Part shown: positions 25,010 through 37,878 of the stretch, piece by piece
Layout of the letters: every line of letters begins with the position of its first letter
Position numbering within the stretch: the stretch's first letter is position 1
Source of the DNA: Octopus vulgaris
Taxonomy: Eukaryota
Assembly: GCA_951406725.2 (NCBI GenBank)
Contig: OX597831.1
Location: 9,486,001-9,550,000, forward strand
Direction: 5' to 3'
Length of the DNA stretch: 64,000 nucleotides
Program-made: the position numbers and the translations under genes
Notes under the pieces: model-generated
The model's input: the letters and a program-made list of their open reading frames with translations, nothing else
Database searches by the model: none
Told to the model about the DNA's origin: nothing

Positions 25010-25275
25010 AAGTAAAGACCCCATTTGGTCCTGAATAGCTATGGGATTGCACCTAGAAAGTTCCCCCACCTAGGTACAAGTCCAGGCAGTGTTGTTTATA
25101 GACGCCCAGCAGTCGCCCATGCATACAATCCTTTCCCTCTCCATGCCACTGATGTTATGCAAGGGAAAGGCAAAGAGGTCGATACAGCTTGGCACCAGTG
25201 ACGTCGCAAGTCATTTCAACAGTTTAATGAACTGGAGCAACATGAAGTAAAGTTTCTTGCTCAAGAACAGAACTC
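25010..25275 (-). mobile_element. SINE family F (CORE-like body), partial
   Basis: Reverse complement matches 49480-49775 (ATGCATGGGCGACTGCTGG; CTAGGTGCAATCCCAT). Confidence 0.75.
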
Positions 25276-25334
25276 AGAAAAAAAGGTAAAATTACCTGGA
25301 GCTCACATCTTACCCTATTATCTTGGCCTGCATT

Positions 25335-25468
25335 ATTTACATCATTTACATTGGACGGATATGTGTCCTCATCTTGTTTGTTGTTACCACAACGTTTCGG
25401 CTGATTTACTCTGTGGTAACAACAAACAAGATGAGGACGCATATCCGTTCAATGTAAATAATGTAAAT
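25335..25468. repeat. Near-perfect palindrome, 57-bp arms, 20-nt loop
   Basis: 25335-25391 versus 25412-25468, 3 mismatches. Confidence 0.9.
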
Positions 25469-26783
25469 GATTTACAGAATTCCTCATCTCTAAAAATAGA
25501 ACAGTATTATCTTACCGTATTATCTAGTCTGATATTACTGTTGTACTTATAATCTTTCAAGCTTTATGTATGCACCTATATTCATCACTGATCCATTCAT
25601 TCCTGATCGAAACGGGTTACGGCTATCACGAACTAATTATTATAATACGGATCGGTGATCAGTCGAAGATTCTGCTTGGAGCGTAAAGCACTGGCCAACG
25701 ACCATCCAAAATGGTTCCAGACGGCAATCATTATCACTGTGCTACGAGTCTGTGTATTTTTTATACGGATTTACGTACCCATACCCATCAACATAGGTTT
25801 TACTATTCATTTATCAGTGATTCATTTAACATATGACCTTAGTACTTATATGTTTTAAAGTCTGGTTCTTATTCTATCGATATATTTTGCCGCACAACTT
25901 TAATACGAGAAGTATAAAATAAAACATCACCAATTGGCAAGCAAGTGTCGGGTGCAAACTGAACCAGAAAGACGCGCGCCTGGACACACGCACACAAAAA
26001 TACAAACGTGCGCGCACACGCGCACACATAGAGAAATAGATGGATATAGGTATAAAAAGATAGATACATCGATAGATAGATAAATACATTAGATACATAC
26101 ATTCATACAAGCATACATACATGCATGAATTCATACACACACACACATACTCACAAATATATGTATCTATAACGGATTTCCACTCAGTTTCTGTCAACCA
26201 GATTCGCTCATGAGCCATTGTCCGGCCCAGGAATATAGTAGAAGACACTAGATTCCGCGGAGTGGAACAGAAATCGGAAATACCTGCTTGTAAACTGAGT
26301 TCGTTAGACACGAAACCATATTGCTAAATATCTATGAAATTATTATTATGTTTTTCATGTATTTAGAAAGACGTATTTGGTAGTTAGATTATTGAAAAAG
26401 AAATAAAGTGAAAAATAAAAGTGTTTTGCATACCATGTAAGGAAATGTTCCAAAAAAGCTTCAGAAAATTTCAATGGCTTTCACTGCTTTCTTGAATGCA
26501 AAGAAATAATGGCTGCTTAAAGAAAATTGACGATTCAAAATTATCCTTACTCTATAATTAAATTTATTTATTAAAATCCATATAACTCTAACAATGTTGC
26601 CAAGAAAATATATTCTGAAGCTGCTAAAAGCAATTTGTTAATTCGCTGGATTTCAATTGAAAAGGAAAAGGCAACAGGAAAGGATTTTCGTCCTTATTAT
26701 TTTAGGTAGCCAAAGGCGTTTGCAATCCGATTTCCATGTTAGAAAAGGGTTTCAATATGTACTTAGTTGTTAATTAACTGTAC

Positions 26784-27230
26784 AGGCGCCTGTATGGTTG
26801 TGTGGTTTAGAAGTTCTCTTTGTGATCATGCTGGTTCCCAATTCAATCCAAGTGCGCCGCTCCTTAGTCAAGTGTTTCGTACAATGACCCAAAATCAAAC
26901 AATGCCTTGTGAGTGAGTTTATGAGACGGAAACTATGTGGAATAGCGAATGTATATACAAATAAATATACACCATGTATATATGTATGTATATACACATA
27001 TGTGTGTGTGCGTGTTTCTTCGTATTTATGTTTGTCCTTTCTCCACTTGACAGCTGGTATTTGTTTGTTTACGTTCCAGTAAATTAGTGGTTTGTCAAAA
27101 AGACCGGCAGAATAAGTACCATACTTGGCAAAAAAGCAAAATTGGAACTGGGGTCAGTTTATTCCAGTACAGTCTTCAAAGAATCATCCCAGCACGGCCA
27201 GAGTCTAGTCACTGAAACAAGCAGGAGATA
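26784..27230 (+). mobile_element. Old family B-related SINE
   Basis: GGCGCCTGTATGGTTGTGTGG...TGCCTTGTGAGTG...GACGGAAACT...AGAATAAGTAC...ACTGAAACAAG. Confidence 0.7.
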
Positions 27231-27603
27231 AACAGTAAACGATGCCATTTTTAATAACAATTGCTAATTCTTTGCTTAGTGTCGACAATTCTAATCTGCC
27301 CATGACCTACACCTTATTTAGGAAAACACGTGACAAGGTTGTTCATAAAAGAAAACACATTGTATGCTGGATCGTAGGATCGATTCCCAGACCGCACCAC
27401 GCTTTGTGCTCTTCATTTCACGTTGCTCTGGCGTCCCTTTCGATCAAGGGGAACGTTGACCTACCCGCCTGGCCAGCCGGGTGGCCAGGCGAACAAATAG
27501 TATCGTGACCAGTAATGTGTAAGAGCGTCTGATAGTCTCATCGGTCACGGGTCCACATGATACATATATGCGTGTATGAGTGTGTGTATATGTATACGTA
27601 TAT

Positions 27604-27726
27604 GTCTTTGTAAGCCTGGTACTTATTCTATCGTTATCTTTGCCGAACTGCTAGGTTACGAGGACGTAAACACACCAGCATTGGTTGTCAAGCGATGTTG
27701 GGGGGCAAACTAAGATACGCAAACAT

Positions 27727-27784
<58 letters not shown>

Positions 27785-27945
27785 GACGGGTTTCTTTCAG
27801 TTTCCGTCAACTCAATGCACTCACAAGGCTTTAGTCAACCCGAGGCTATAGTAGAAGAAACTTGTTCAAGGTGCCACGCAGTGGGACTGAAACCAGACCC
27901 ATATGGTTGGTAAGCAAGCTACTTACAACACAGCCATGCCTGTGT
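27604..27945 (-). mobile_element. Family B SINE, diverged
   Basis: GTACTTATTCTATCG...TTTCAGTTTCCGTC...GTGGGACTGAA. Confidence 0.8.
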
Positions 27946-27975
27946 CTAAATATATATACATACATGCATATACAC

Positions 27976-28016
<41 letters not shown>

Positions 28017-28299
28017 CATACACATGTGTATATATACATATGTAGTTGTAGCTGGAATGGGCGCCTCGACAAAATCGATATGGCCCGATGAATGTGCAAA
28101 AGATCCGACTCTTGACAGTCTTTATATACCTTTGTCATCACGCTCCTCTATGTTTGCTCAGTATCACCTTTAACATATTTGCTCTCTAAGCTCGGCCTCA
28201 TATAAAACGAAACATTATGAGAAATGAAGAACTGCAGAAGTGAATCACACACACACAGACCTCCCCCCCCCCCCCCACACAATACTGTGACTGTCCTAA

Positions 28300-29060
28300 T
28301 ACCAAAATTACGTTTCTTTGCACTGAGAGAAAACCAGAAATGTGGGGCGGATGGATGGAAAGTATAAATTAATCTGGTCTCAATATTCCACTCGTACTTA
28401 ATTCATCGAACTCGGCCTCAGGTGGATTTGAACACACAACAGCAACGGCCAGATCTAAATACTGCGAAACATCTTGACTGACGATCTATAGATGCTGCTA
28501 ATGGGCCACTATCATAAAGGATGTAATTTGCTTTACATTTAGGCTGCAGGTTAGGAATATTAAGGGTTGGGTGTCAGACGATATCATTTAACTTCTTGAC
28601 TGGTACTCTCTTCTATCAATCTCGTAGAGACGACAGGAAAAATTCTCTTTCATATTTCCGGGATGGATAAAATCAGGACGGGATCTCAGAATCTGAAACG
28701 GTCGTAAGAATTACTGTAAGGCAATGTTAGTCATTGTTATCGACACTTTAACTATTCTGTTTATTCACAAACCCCAACTCTCTTATATTTAAACAAATAT
28801 GTATTTGCCTCAAATTTTAGCAGGAGTACTGCAATTTGTAATGGGAGAGAGATTGTTGATTATATCACCCCTCGTACTTGAAGAGTAGTTTATTTTATCG
28901 ATACTGAAATGACGAGAGGTAAAGTTGACCTTGGCGGGATTTCAAACTAGAACGTAAAGAATCGAGGCGAATATTGGAAATCACGCTTTCGATGCTCTAA
29001 CCATTCTGGTAACTCGCAGTCTTTCTCATTTATAACAATAAAGATTTCTTACATAGGCAC
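28300..29060 (-). mobile_element. Cluster of old family A SINE remnants
   Basis: Repeated TTTTATCGA...AAAGTTGACC..GGCGGGATTT.AA.C..GAACGTAAA motifs. Confidence 0.5.
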
Positions 29061-29734
29061 GAAGCCATTCCTTTTTAGGAGAAGCATACTAATTTGAGTC
29101 AATCCAAATATATTGTCGACTGATAAACGTCAGATAAACGAATTAATTTCCTCTAACACTATGATTGGTGGCTTTGACAAATGTTAGACTTCAGCACAAA
29201 ATGAAATATTATCGAAACCAAACTGACAAATTATTTTATGTATTTACATGCATGATAATTTTCTAGATTGTTACCGATACATATAATTTTCATGTTTTGG
29301 GTGGATTGGATTATTATAATTTTATTATCTTAGTGACAGAATGGAAAGCAATGGTTGTGGGAGCGTGGAAGAAAAGTATCGCGATGTCCAAAACTTCGCC
29401 AGAATTCTTATAACAGTATAGAATCAGCTGGAGACACATACTTTATTTGATTGCATTGACAGGGAGGATTCCGGACCAGTTTACCAGTCAAGTAAGCCAT
29501 ACTGGGATTTGAACTCAAAAAGCATATAGCTGAAATGTATACGTCATGGCATCTGGCCCGATGTACTTAGAGTACCACCAGTCTAATGCCCTGAATGGTC
29601 TTTTTTATTTTACCCTGGAATACTGAAATGCAACGTTGATTTTCTGGCAAACTTTATCCCTGATTTGCTCTCCTTCGTTCTTGACAGCTGTTTCTCGATG
29701 AGACACAAATGTCTTAATACTCGTTTGTGTGAAA

Positions 29735-30048
29735 ACGTGTCGCTTAGTTGTTCGGGCATTCGGCTCACGATCATAAGGTCTTATAATCGGTGGTATGTTG
29801 TGTCTTTGAGCAAGGCACTTTATTTCAAGTTACCCCAGTCCACTCGGCCGGCAAAAATGAGGAGTACCTGTATTCCAAAGGGCCAGCCTTGTCGCATTCT
29901 GTGTCCCACTGAATCTTTCTAAGAATCATGTTAAAGACACATGTATTTGTCGAGTGCTGAGTCACTCACACATTACTTTCACGAACAGGCTGGTTCGTTG
30001 ATCGAATCAACTGAAACATTCGTCGTCGTAAGCGACGGAGTGCCAACC
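29735..30048 (+). mobile_element. Family D SINE (CORE-like)
   Basis: TGTGTCTTTGAGCAAGGCACTTTATTTC...GGCAAAAATGAG...tail CGTCGTCGTAAGCGACGGAGTGCCAAC. Confidence 0.7.
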
Positions 30049-31679
30049 GTCTTAAATATACTTTTCACTACTGTTTCATAAGGCAATTGGTGGAATCGTT
30101 TCTTGTTTATGATGAGTTGGACTGAAATACGTGGAGGCTGCATCTTCTTTTAACGTCGTCGAAATAAAATTGCATCATCTACGTTTCTTCATCCGGCTTC
30201 AGGTTTCATTGTTTTACTTTGAAGTACAATGTTGTCGAAATATTCCGTGAAAAATGTTAGTCAAAGCTGATAAAAATAACAAAACAAAATACCGTAATAA
30301 ATGTTTACAAGTGTCTGCATCTGTCGTGTTCGGTCTGGAAGTTAGCTGTTCTTTTTGTTCTAATGTTAACATCACCCTGATGTTATTTAGCCTGTATATT
30401 CGTCAGCTTATGAAGACTTTGATCATTCGCCAGTCTGACACTGACAAACTGATCAGGTAAATATTCAGGAATATTGTAGAACAAAGCCAAAAGAAAAAAA
30501 AAAATAGAAAGAAAATAATCAATAATTTGTCTCGCAGAATATTAGATCTTTAAGAAATTTAATCTCGAGATGTTGATTAATACAAACTGTTTTTGACCGT
30601 TCAATAGGAAAACAGACTCTAAGTGATTATTACTAAAACCACTGCCTGTGGGTACTGAAGACCACTTTCATATTATTGTTTCCACTGGCACAGCTACGAG
30701 CTACTGATGCCCCCCCCCCCCAGTGGTCTCTAGATCTGTTAGAAATAGCTGCCAAATCTCCCTTAAATCACATCAGTTCAACTCTGAAAAGCATGAATCA
30801 TTGGCTAATGTAGAACCAGATAAGCGATACAATAAATCTCTGTTAATTTAGGACAAGCCTGAAGCTAAATAACGACAACAATCTAATAAAGATGGCATGA
30901 ACTGAATGAATGACTCAATAAATATTCCTTTCGTCATGGTCGATGTTCGAGGGCCTCAGATATAAACAATTTCTTGCATCTTCATACTCTTTTCTGGATG
31001 AGTATGGTCGGTAAGCGCTGAGTGCATTTCCAAAAAGATCTACCGTGAGAATTGGTTCTCTAAACATTCGCGTCTTTGGAGACTCTGTAGATACTGTCAG
31101 GGTGTGAAAATCAAGGCTTGGAGTTGTTCTGTTCCGTTAGTCTAGCTGCGAAGATACTGGCGCTTCTCAAAAATGAGAGGCTAACTAAAACTGCCGGCTT
31201 TACAGACGCTAGCAGACACATTGGGTTCATCAGTTCTTGCAACTGTTTTCACTGTTTGAACCTGCATCGCCAGCATCAAAGTTTACGATATATATTATGA
31301 TAATTAGATAGGAATCTTAATGAATTAGACAACCTATAATTAGCTGTAATCATATCCTTTGCCTGGGTGGCAACTCAAGGTATAGGATCTAGTTGAGCAT
31401 TGAGATATGTTAAAACTATTCTGAATAGATCATTGCTTAACAAACGAAACATTTCCCAGTGTTATGCGAAGTGAAATAATACGGAATAGAAAGTTTTGTG
31501 TTTTATCCATCTTTCTATCTCACCTCAACAATAGCGAAATTGGTGAAATTTGTACATTAAAACATTTGAAAGATGAAAGACGGCATGCATACTTATGGAA
31601 ATCAGAGGCAAATGGTCGATGAGTGGTCTGTGAAAACCTACAATACTTTCTTCAACAATAAACAGATGGGTGAATCCAT

Positions 31680-31741
<62 letters not shown>

Positions 31742-32479
31742 TTCTCTCTTTCTCTCTCCTTCTCTCTTTCTCTCTCTAGACAAAATGTTTCACAATCATA
31801 AGCAATTACAGAAACGTCTGTTACTTACTGACGAAAATTAATTTCACAATACGTAGCTAACTTATTACAAGACAGTAGGTTCGCCTCTGGTTGTGCTAGA
31901 GTTAGCAGCCAAAAAACTCCCACTTCCAAAACTAATTTTTCCAAAATAAAGGATACGTTTGACAACGTAGTTCATAAGAAACAAAAATAAATACATAAAT
32001 AAACTGGCTAAATGTTGAGTGGCTTTGATCATTTGTATCCCGAATCTTCAGACCCTGGGTTAAACAACAATTGTATCAGTATATCAAACATATTTTACAG
32101 ATCCTGCTAAGTGTTTGAACAAATTTATTCGATAAGTGGCTGTTGTAGGGGCAGTTTGTAATGGAGGGTGCGGTAGCATAATTGTAGCGGGGAACGTTGC
32201 TTGTCATTAAAGAGATTAAGCTTAGAAGACAAATGGCTGCAACCGAATTCAAATGTGGGATGATTACAGGATGAAAAATTGCACTGAGAGGTTACGGGAT
32301 AATTACACTTGGAAGAACAGCGAGGAAAGGAACGGGAATTTAATTCTCAGGGAGGTTAATTCTCAGCAATATGAATCAAATGTTTCTCGATGATTGTTAA
32401 TGATTCGTTTGTACAGTGTGTTGGAAATGTATCTGACCCGTTCGATTGTAGAAAAAAAAAATGGAGTCGCTATTCTGTT

Positions 32480-32493
32480 GTGACGATGATGAC

Positions 32494-32525
<32 letters not shown>

Positions 32526-33345
32526 GGAGGAGGAGGAGGAAGAGGAGGAAGAGGGGGATGAGGAGGATTAGGACGATGATTATGACAATTCTGTTTGTGA
32601 TGCAGTTGACCATTATTATGATCGTTGTTATGAAGAGGATGACGAAAAATGAGGATGATGGTGAAGATCGCGGAAATCATGATGATGATGATTATGATGA
32701 TGATGGTGGTAAGGGTTTTGGTGGTGGTGGTGGTGGTGGTGATGCTAGTGGTGGTGAGGATGGTAATGGTTTTGGTGGTGGCGAGGGTTGTGGTGGTTGC
32801 TACTGGAGATGGTGATAACGACATCAACGATGAGATGTCGATGATAACAATATCGACGATTCCAATTACGACGACGATCATTAACATCACAATGCCGATG
32901 ATGACGATGATAAAGATAACGATGATGAAGTCGATAATCATGACGAAGGCGATGATGATGATGATGATTAAGATGGTGGTGATGACGACGATGGTGATGA
33001 CGATGATGATGAAGACGAAGATAGTGATGAAAAATTATGATAATAATGATGATGATGAGGATAGTGATGGTGATGATGATGAGGAGGACGAGGAGGAGGT
33101 GGAAGATAAGTGTAGGACGTGGGATTTGAGAATGAAGATGATGATGATGATGATGATAATGATGACGATGATGATGGCGATGATGTTGATGATGATATTC
33201 ATGACGATGTCCATGATGATGATGATGATGTGGTGGAGGAGGAGAAGGATGATGATGATTACGATGATGATGATTACGATGGTGGTGATGACAATGATGA
33301 TGATGAGGACAGCGATGGTGATGACGATGATGATGATGATGAGCA
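32480..33345. repeat. Long degenerate (GAT/GGT/GAG)n trinucleotide array
   Basis: Direct inspection; explains the poly-M/D/H ORFs. Confidence 0.95.
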
Positions 33346-33734
33346 TTATTTTGATTTAAACATTCTGTTTCTCCTGACGTTTGCAATCCAGATGGTTTGA
33401 CATTACGCAAATTCCTATTTAGGGAATTCTTTAATCAGATCACCTAAATGATTTGTTAGCGAAAATTATTAAGTTAGCTGTCATAAATATCCAGTATAGA
33501 GGCATGACTGGCATTTTCATAATGAACAAAACATTTAATTGTTGCATTAATCACTGTTTATTTATGCATATTTGGTCACACTGCTATCGGACTACGATAT
33601 TAAACATTTGTTATTTATGGAGTTTAATTTCACGTAAACATTGTAAAGTTTCAGTCCTACACTTCGCGCTAACATTTGTCTTCGCTTCTCTTAGCGCCAC
33701 GTTCATGCGTTTTATACTTATCGTAGTAATAGCA

Positions 33735-33891
33735 GATGTAGCTTGAGTGGTAAGAAGCTTGCTTACAAATAACAAGGCTGCGAGTTCAGTCCTATTGCGT
33801 GACACAGTAGGCGAGTGGTTTCTACTGTAGCCTCGTGCCGACCAATTCCTTGTCAGTGGCATTTGGTAGACGGAATAGAAGCAAGCCCGTC

Positions 33892-33893
<2 letters not shown>
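33735..33893 (+). mobile_element. Family B SINE, 5' half
   Basis: GTGGTAAGAAGCTTGCTT...GAGTTCAGTCC...GGTAGACGGAA. Confidence 0.75.
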
Positions 33894-33953
<60 letters not shown>

Positions 33954-34114
33954 TGTATATTTAAACACATAAGCGATATCCTTCATAGGATTCCTTTCGC
34001 GCTAGAAGGAACAGAAAAAGTCCAAAACACTATTTGAGATACAAAAATCGAAGGGAATGAAAGATAAAACATTTACCATATATCTCCTGGACCATGGTTT
34101 CTGACATTTTTTAG

Positions 34115-35725
34115 CAAATAAAATAATTTGCTAGGCGAAGTCTTCATCAACAGGTACACCTAGACCAAACATATAAGTACTAGGCAAATCCACCATGTGC
34201 CTCTTGCTTAAACATTAAAATTGTAATTTTTCTAAGGATGTGAGCATTACTTGTCAGCACAATTTTGGGGATTTCTCTGAGACATGGTTCTCCTGGGATA
34301 TTATCTAAATGTTTCAGACATCCCTTTCTTATCATACCTAGGACACCTACAATAACAAGAACAGTTCTCGTCTTAAGATTCCATATCTTTTGTACTTCAA
34401 TTTCCAGATTCTCATTTTTAATTTGTCAGATTCCTTTACAGATATATATTTATCCGTGGGAACACTTACATTTATTAGTCTACAAGTATTTTTTCTCTGC
34501 CTTTTTATGATTAGGTCTGGTTGATTTGCCTGGATCGTTCTGTCGATGTTGACTGGAAAATTCCAGATTTTTGTATTACCTTCAACGACTGGCTCAGTAA
34601 GCAAGAGTGCTGATTTTGTAGTGTTTACATATTTTCCAATGTAAGTACTCTCCTACCATATCGTGGCGATTTTTGTAGTCCTTTGGTGCCAGCACAGGAC
34701 ATCCATAGACGAAATAGTCTATTGTTTCATCAAATGTATTTCAGAATCTGCATGTAGAGTCAGAACCGTTTTGAAGAATGTTAGCCTGGTAGTTTTTGGT
34801 AAGTAAGCCTTGATCTTGTACCGCTGATATGAAACCTTCAGTCTCTGCTTTCAATCCTGAGCTCCCCAGCCCCTGATAGGATGTTGTCTTGTCTACATCA
34901 GCACTTTTGCTTTGAAGTATATACTGTCCATGCAGAGGCTTCTGGCTCCACTGTTCCTCAACTTGTTTCTTCCCGTTATTTTTTGCAGTCTGTTTGATCT
35001 GTTTTGCTTGTTTGGTGGCAATGGTATCGGGTACATAATCTAATTCAAGGTTTATAACCGAGTTCCCGAATTCACAAGCCTCCTTGACAGTTGAATAACT
35101 CCTGCTGCTTTCGTGTTTGCACACAAGTCGCAACATCCAGTTCTCTGTACTAGATAAGTATTTGTTGAGGAGGTCTTATAGCACAGTTCTACCTGCAACA
35201 TTCCTCTTCCCCCATTACTTCTAGGGCTAGAGTTAGGGTTTTGGATGGTCCATGATCTTAGATGTTAGCAGTTTTGTTTCGTCTTCCTGTTCAGGTGTTG
35301 GAGCTCTGTCAGATTCCAGTTAATGATGTTAAAACTGGATTGGATTACTGGAAGTGTCAAGATGCCAATGGCTTCGATGCGATTTTTTGAGTTGAGTTCA
35401 GCTTTTAGTATGAGTCTCACTCTCCTGTAATACTCCTCTCTTATTGTTTTCCCTCATTTCAGCATGTTGTATACCATCCCCTTCGTTTATTTATAGCTTC
35501 CTTGTGGGTGAAGCTCCTTGATGGTAGTGTCAGAATTTAATTTAAAGGAAGCTGTTTGCCTGAGCTTTCCTCTTACAAAATTTGCTTTAGCACACTTATC
35601 AAGGCCAAAATCCATCCTGATCTCACTACTGAAATCTTTAACAGTTGTTAACAGCCCTACTAGATCTTCGTCACTTCTAGCAAACAGCTTCATATCGTCC
35701 ATACAAAATAGATGGTTTACTGTAA
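34115..35725 (-). mobile_element. 5'-truncated, decayed R4/Dong-clade LINE (RT C-terminus, Zn finger, restriction-like endonuclease)
   Basis: VNHLFCMDDMKLF...MDFGLDKCA (RT); KPLHGQY...LKAETEGFISAVQDQ; CRF..ETIDY...GC...RHD; IDRTIQANQPDLII...INVSVP (PD-D/ExK RLE); frameshifts and stops throughout. Confidence 0.88.
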
Positions 35726-35737
35726 TATTATACACGT

Positions 35738-36250
35738 TACTTCTTCTTCTTCTTCTTTTTCTCCTCCTCCTCCTCCTTCTTTTTCTTTTTTTCTTCTTTT
35801 TCTTCTTTTTTTTCTTCTTCCTCTTCTACTTCCTCTTATCCTCCTCCTCCACTTCCTCCTCCTCCTCCCCTCCTCCTCCTCCTCCTCATCCTTGTTGTTG
35901 TTGTTTTTCTTCTTCCTCCCCTTCCTCTTCTCCTCCTCCTCCTATCCTCCTCCTCCTTCTCCTCTTCTTGTTCTTGTTCTTCTCCTTCTTCTCCTCCTCC
36001 TTCTTCTTCTTCTTCTCCTCCTCCTTCTTCTTCTCCTCCTCCTGCTCCTGCTCCTCCTCCTTCTTCTTCTTCTTCTCATTATTACTATTAGTAGTAGTAG
36101 TCGTAGGTGTTGTTGCTGCTGAGTTGTTCTATGTCAACAAACTTTTCGTCCGCATCATTCGAATCAATGATGACGATGATGGCGACGGAGGCAACGACGA
36201 TGACAAAGACGATGATGATGATGAAAATGATGATGATGACGACGACACAC
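35738..36250. repeat. (CTT/CCT)n tract followed by (GAT)n
   Basis: Direct inspection. Confidence 0.95.
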
Positions 36251-37496
36251 GACGGCAGCGATTGCAACGGCAATGGTGGAGATGTTCGGAATGATTATGC
36301 AGCAATCCAGCTTCCGAATTATCCTCAGCTGTAACAATTACAATGGATTTGAAGTGATAGTGAAAAATATGCCCTACTGAGTTAATTAGTCACTAATTAG
36401 TGTTATGTAATTCTCCTCTTTCAATTATGTCAGTTAATTATCTGAGCTCGGTGTAGAGTGGAAACGATAGAGTTCAATGTAGATTTGCAACGCACACTTT
36501 TCTTTCGTGTTCGGAGCCGAAAAGAAAGGGGGAAAAAATTAAGACGATGTAATACTGGTAACATAGTTTGAACCTTTGATTCTCTGATGCTCAATGCGAA
36601 TTGCCGTTGGCCCAGCCAGCTGCTCGTTCTTTGTCTAAATGATTAAGAGTCAAAAGCAGCGTCTGAAGTGATGTATTTAATTTCGGAATAATAGAATAAT
36701 ATTTTTCAATTATCTGATCTTGTGACATTTTCTGTAAACAAAGACATAATTTAATTTCTTTCAAAATCAATTATAAAACAAAATGAATAGATTTAAATTC
36801 TGGACACATTGAATAACTTTGTTTCTATTATTCCTAATAACACATCTAGATCTTAGTTGTTCATTTTATCGCACTTAAATGTGCAGTTACACATTAATTG
36901 CCGTTTTCCTCTTAGTATTTCCCAAGGGTATTTTTCCAGTCTAAAAATTTAATAAATGACATATTTTGAATGCAATACTGATCAAAGATTCCTCCGAAAT
37001 GTCCTGCAAATTAATTCACTTTAAACAGTCATCTAAATTTCACAATTACAAAGACTCACTCATCCCAGACAATTCTTTATTTTATTTTTCCACTGTGACT
37101 ACAATATTTAAATTAAAATCTCACTCTTCTTTTCACTAAAAGGACACTTAACACTCTTATCGATTATTCTCTTGATGTCATTCGAAAGTATTTGTGGTGG
37201 ATATATTTAAACTCTTAAAAACAATCAACTGTGAATATTAGTAACGTAAACGAAATATATAAGTTCAATTCTTCTTGATGGTCAGTTAAAATCACATCGC
37301 TTACGCTAGAACGAAATGTTTGGTGGAGAACCGCAAGAGAAATAGCTTTTAAATTTCCGTGATGTTTGAACGAATAATTTGATACATACGAAGTGCTAGA
37401 AACTGGACACTGGTCATGTTGTTTTTTATGTTTAACGTCAGGACAATCATGATTAGGCAGACCTAATCCCGCCAGTTGTCGCAGAAACGATTAAAA

Positions 37497-37547
<51 letters not shown>

Positions 37548-37878
37548 AGTGATGGTGATGGTGATGGTGATGATGATGGTGGTGGTGGTGGTGGTGATGA
37601 TGGTGATGATGATGATGATGGTGATGATGATGAGGATGATGATGATGATGATGGTGATGGTGATGGTGATGGTGGTGGTGGTGGTGGTGGTTGTGATGAT
37701 GATGGTGATGATGATGATGACGATGATGATGAGGATGATGGTGATGATGATGGTGATGGTGATGGTGATGGTGGTGGTGGTGGTGGTGGTTGTGATGATG
37801 ATGGTGATGATGATGATGGTGATGATGACGACGACGACGATGATCAGGATGATGATAATGATGGTGATGATGATGATG
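37497..37878. repeat. (GAT/GGT)n array with a ~99-bp internal duplication
   Basis: The marker GGTTGT recurs ~99 bp apart (near 37689 and 37788) in the same context. Confidence 0.9.

Noticed and set aside
30390-30462. Possible small plus-strand exon ending CAG|GTAAAT
   Set aside because: Splice-like signals alone are common; the peptide is unrecognisable.
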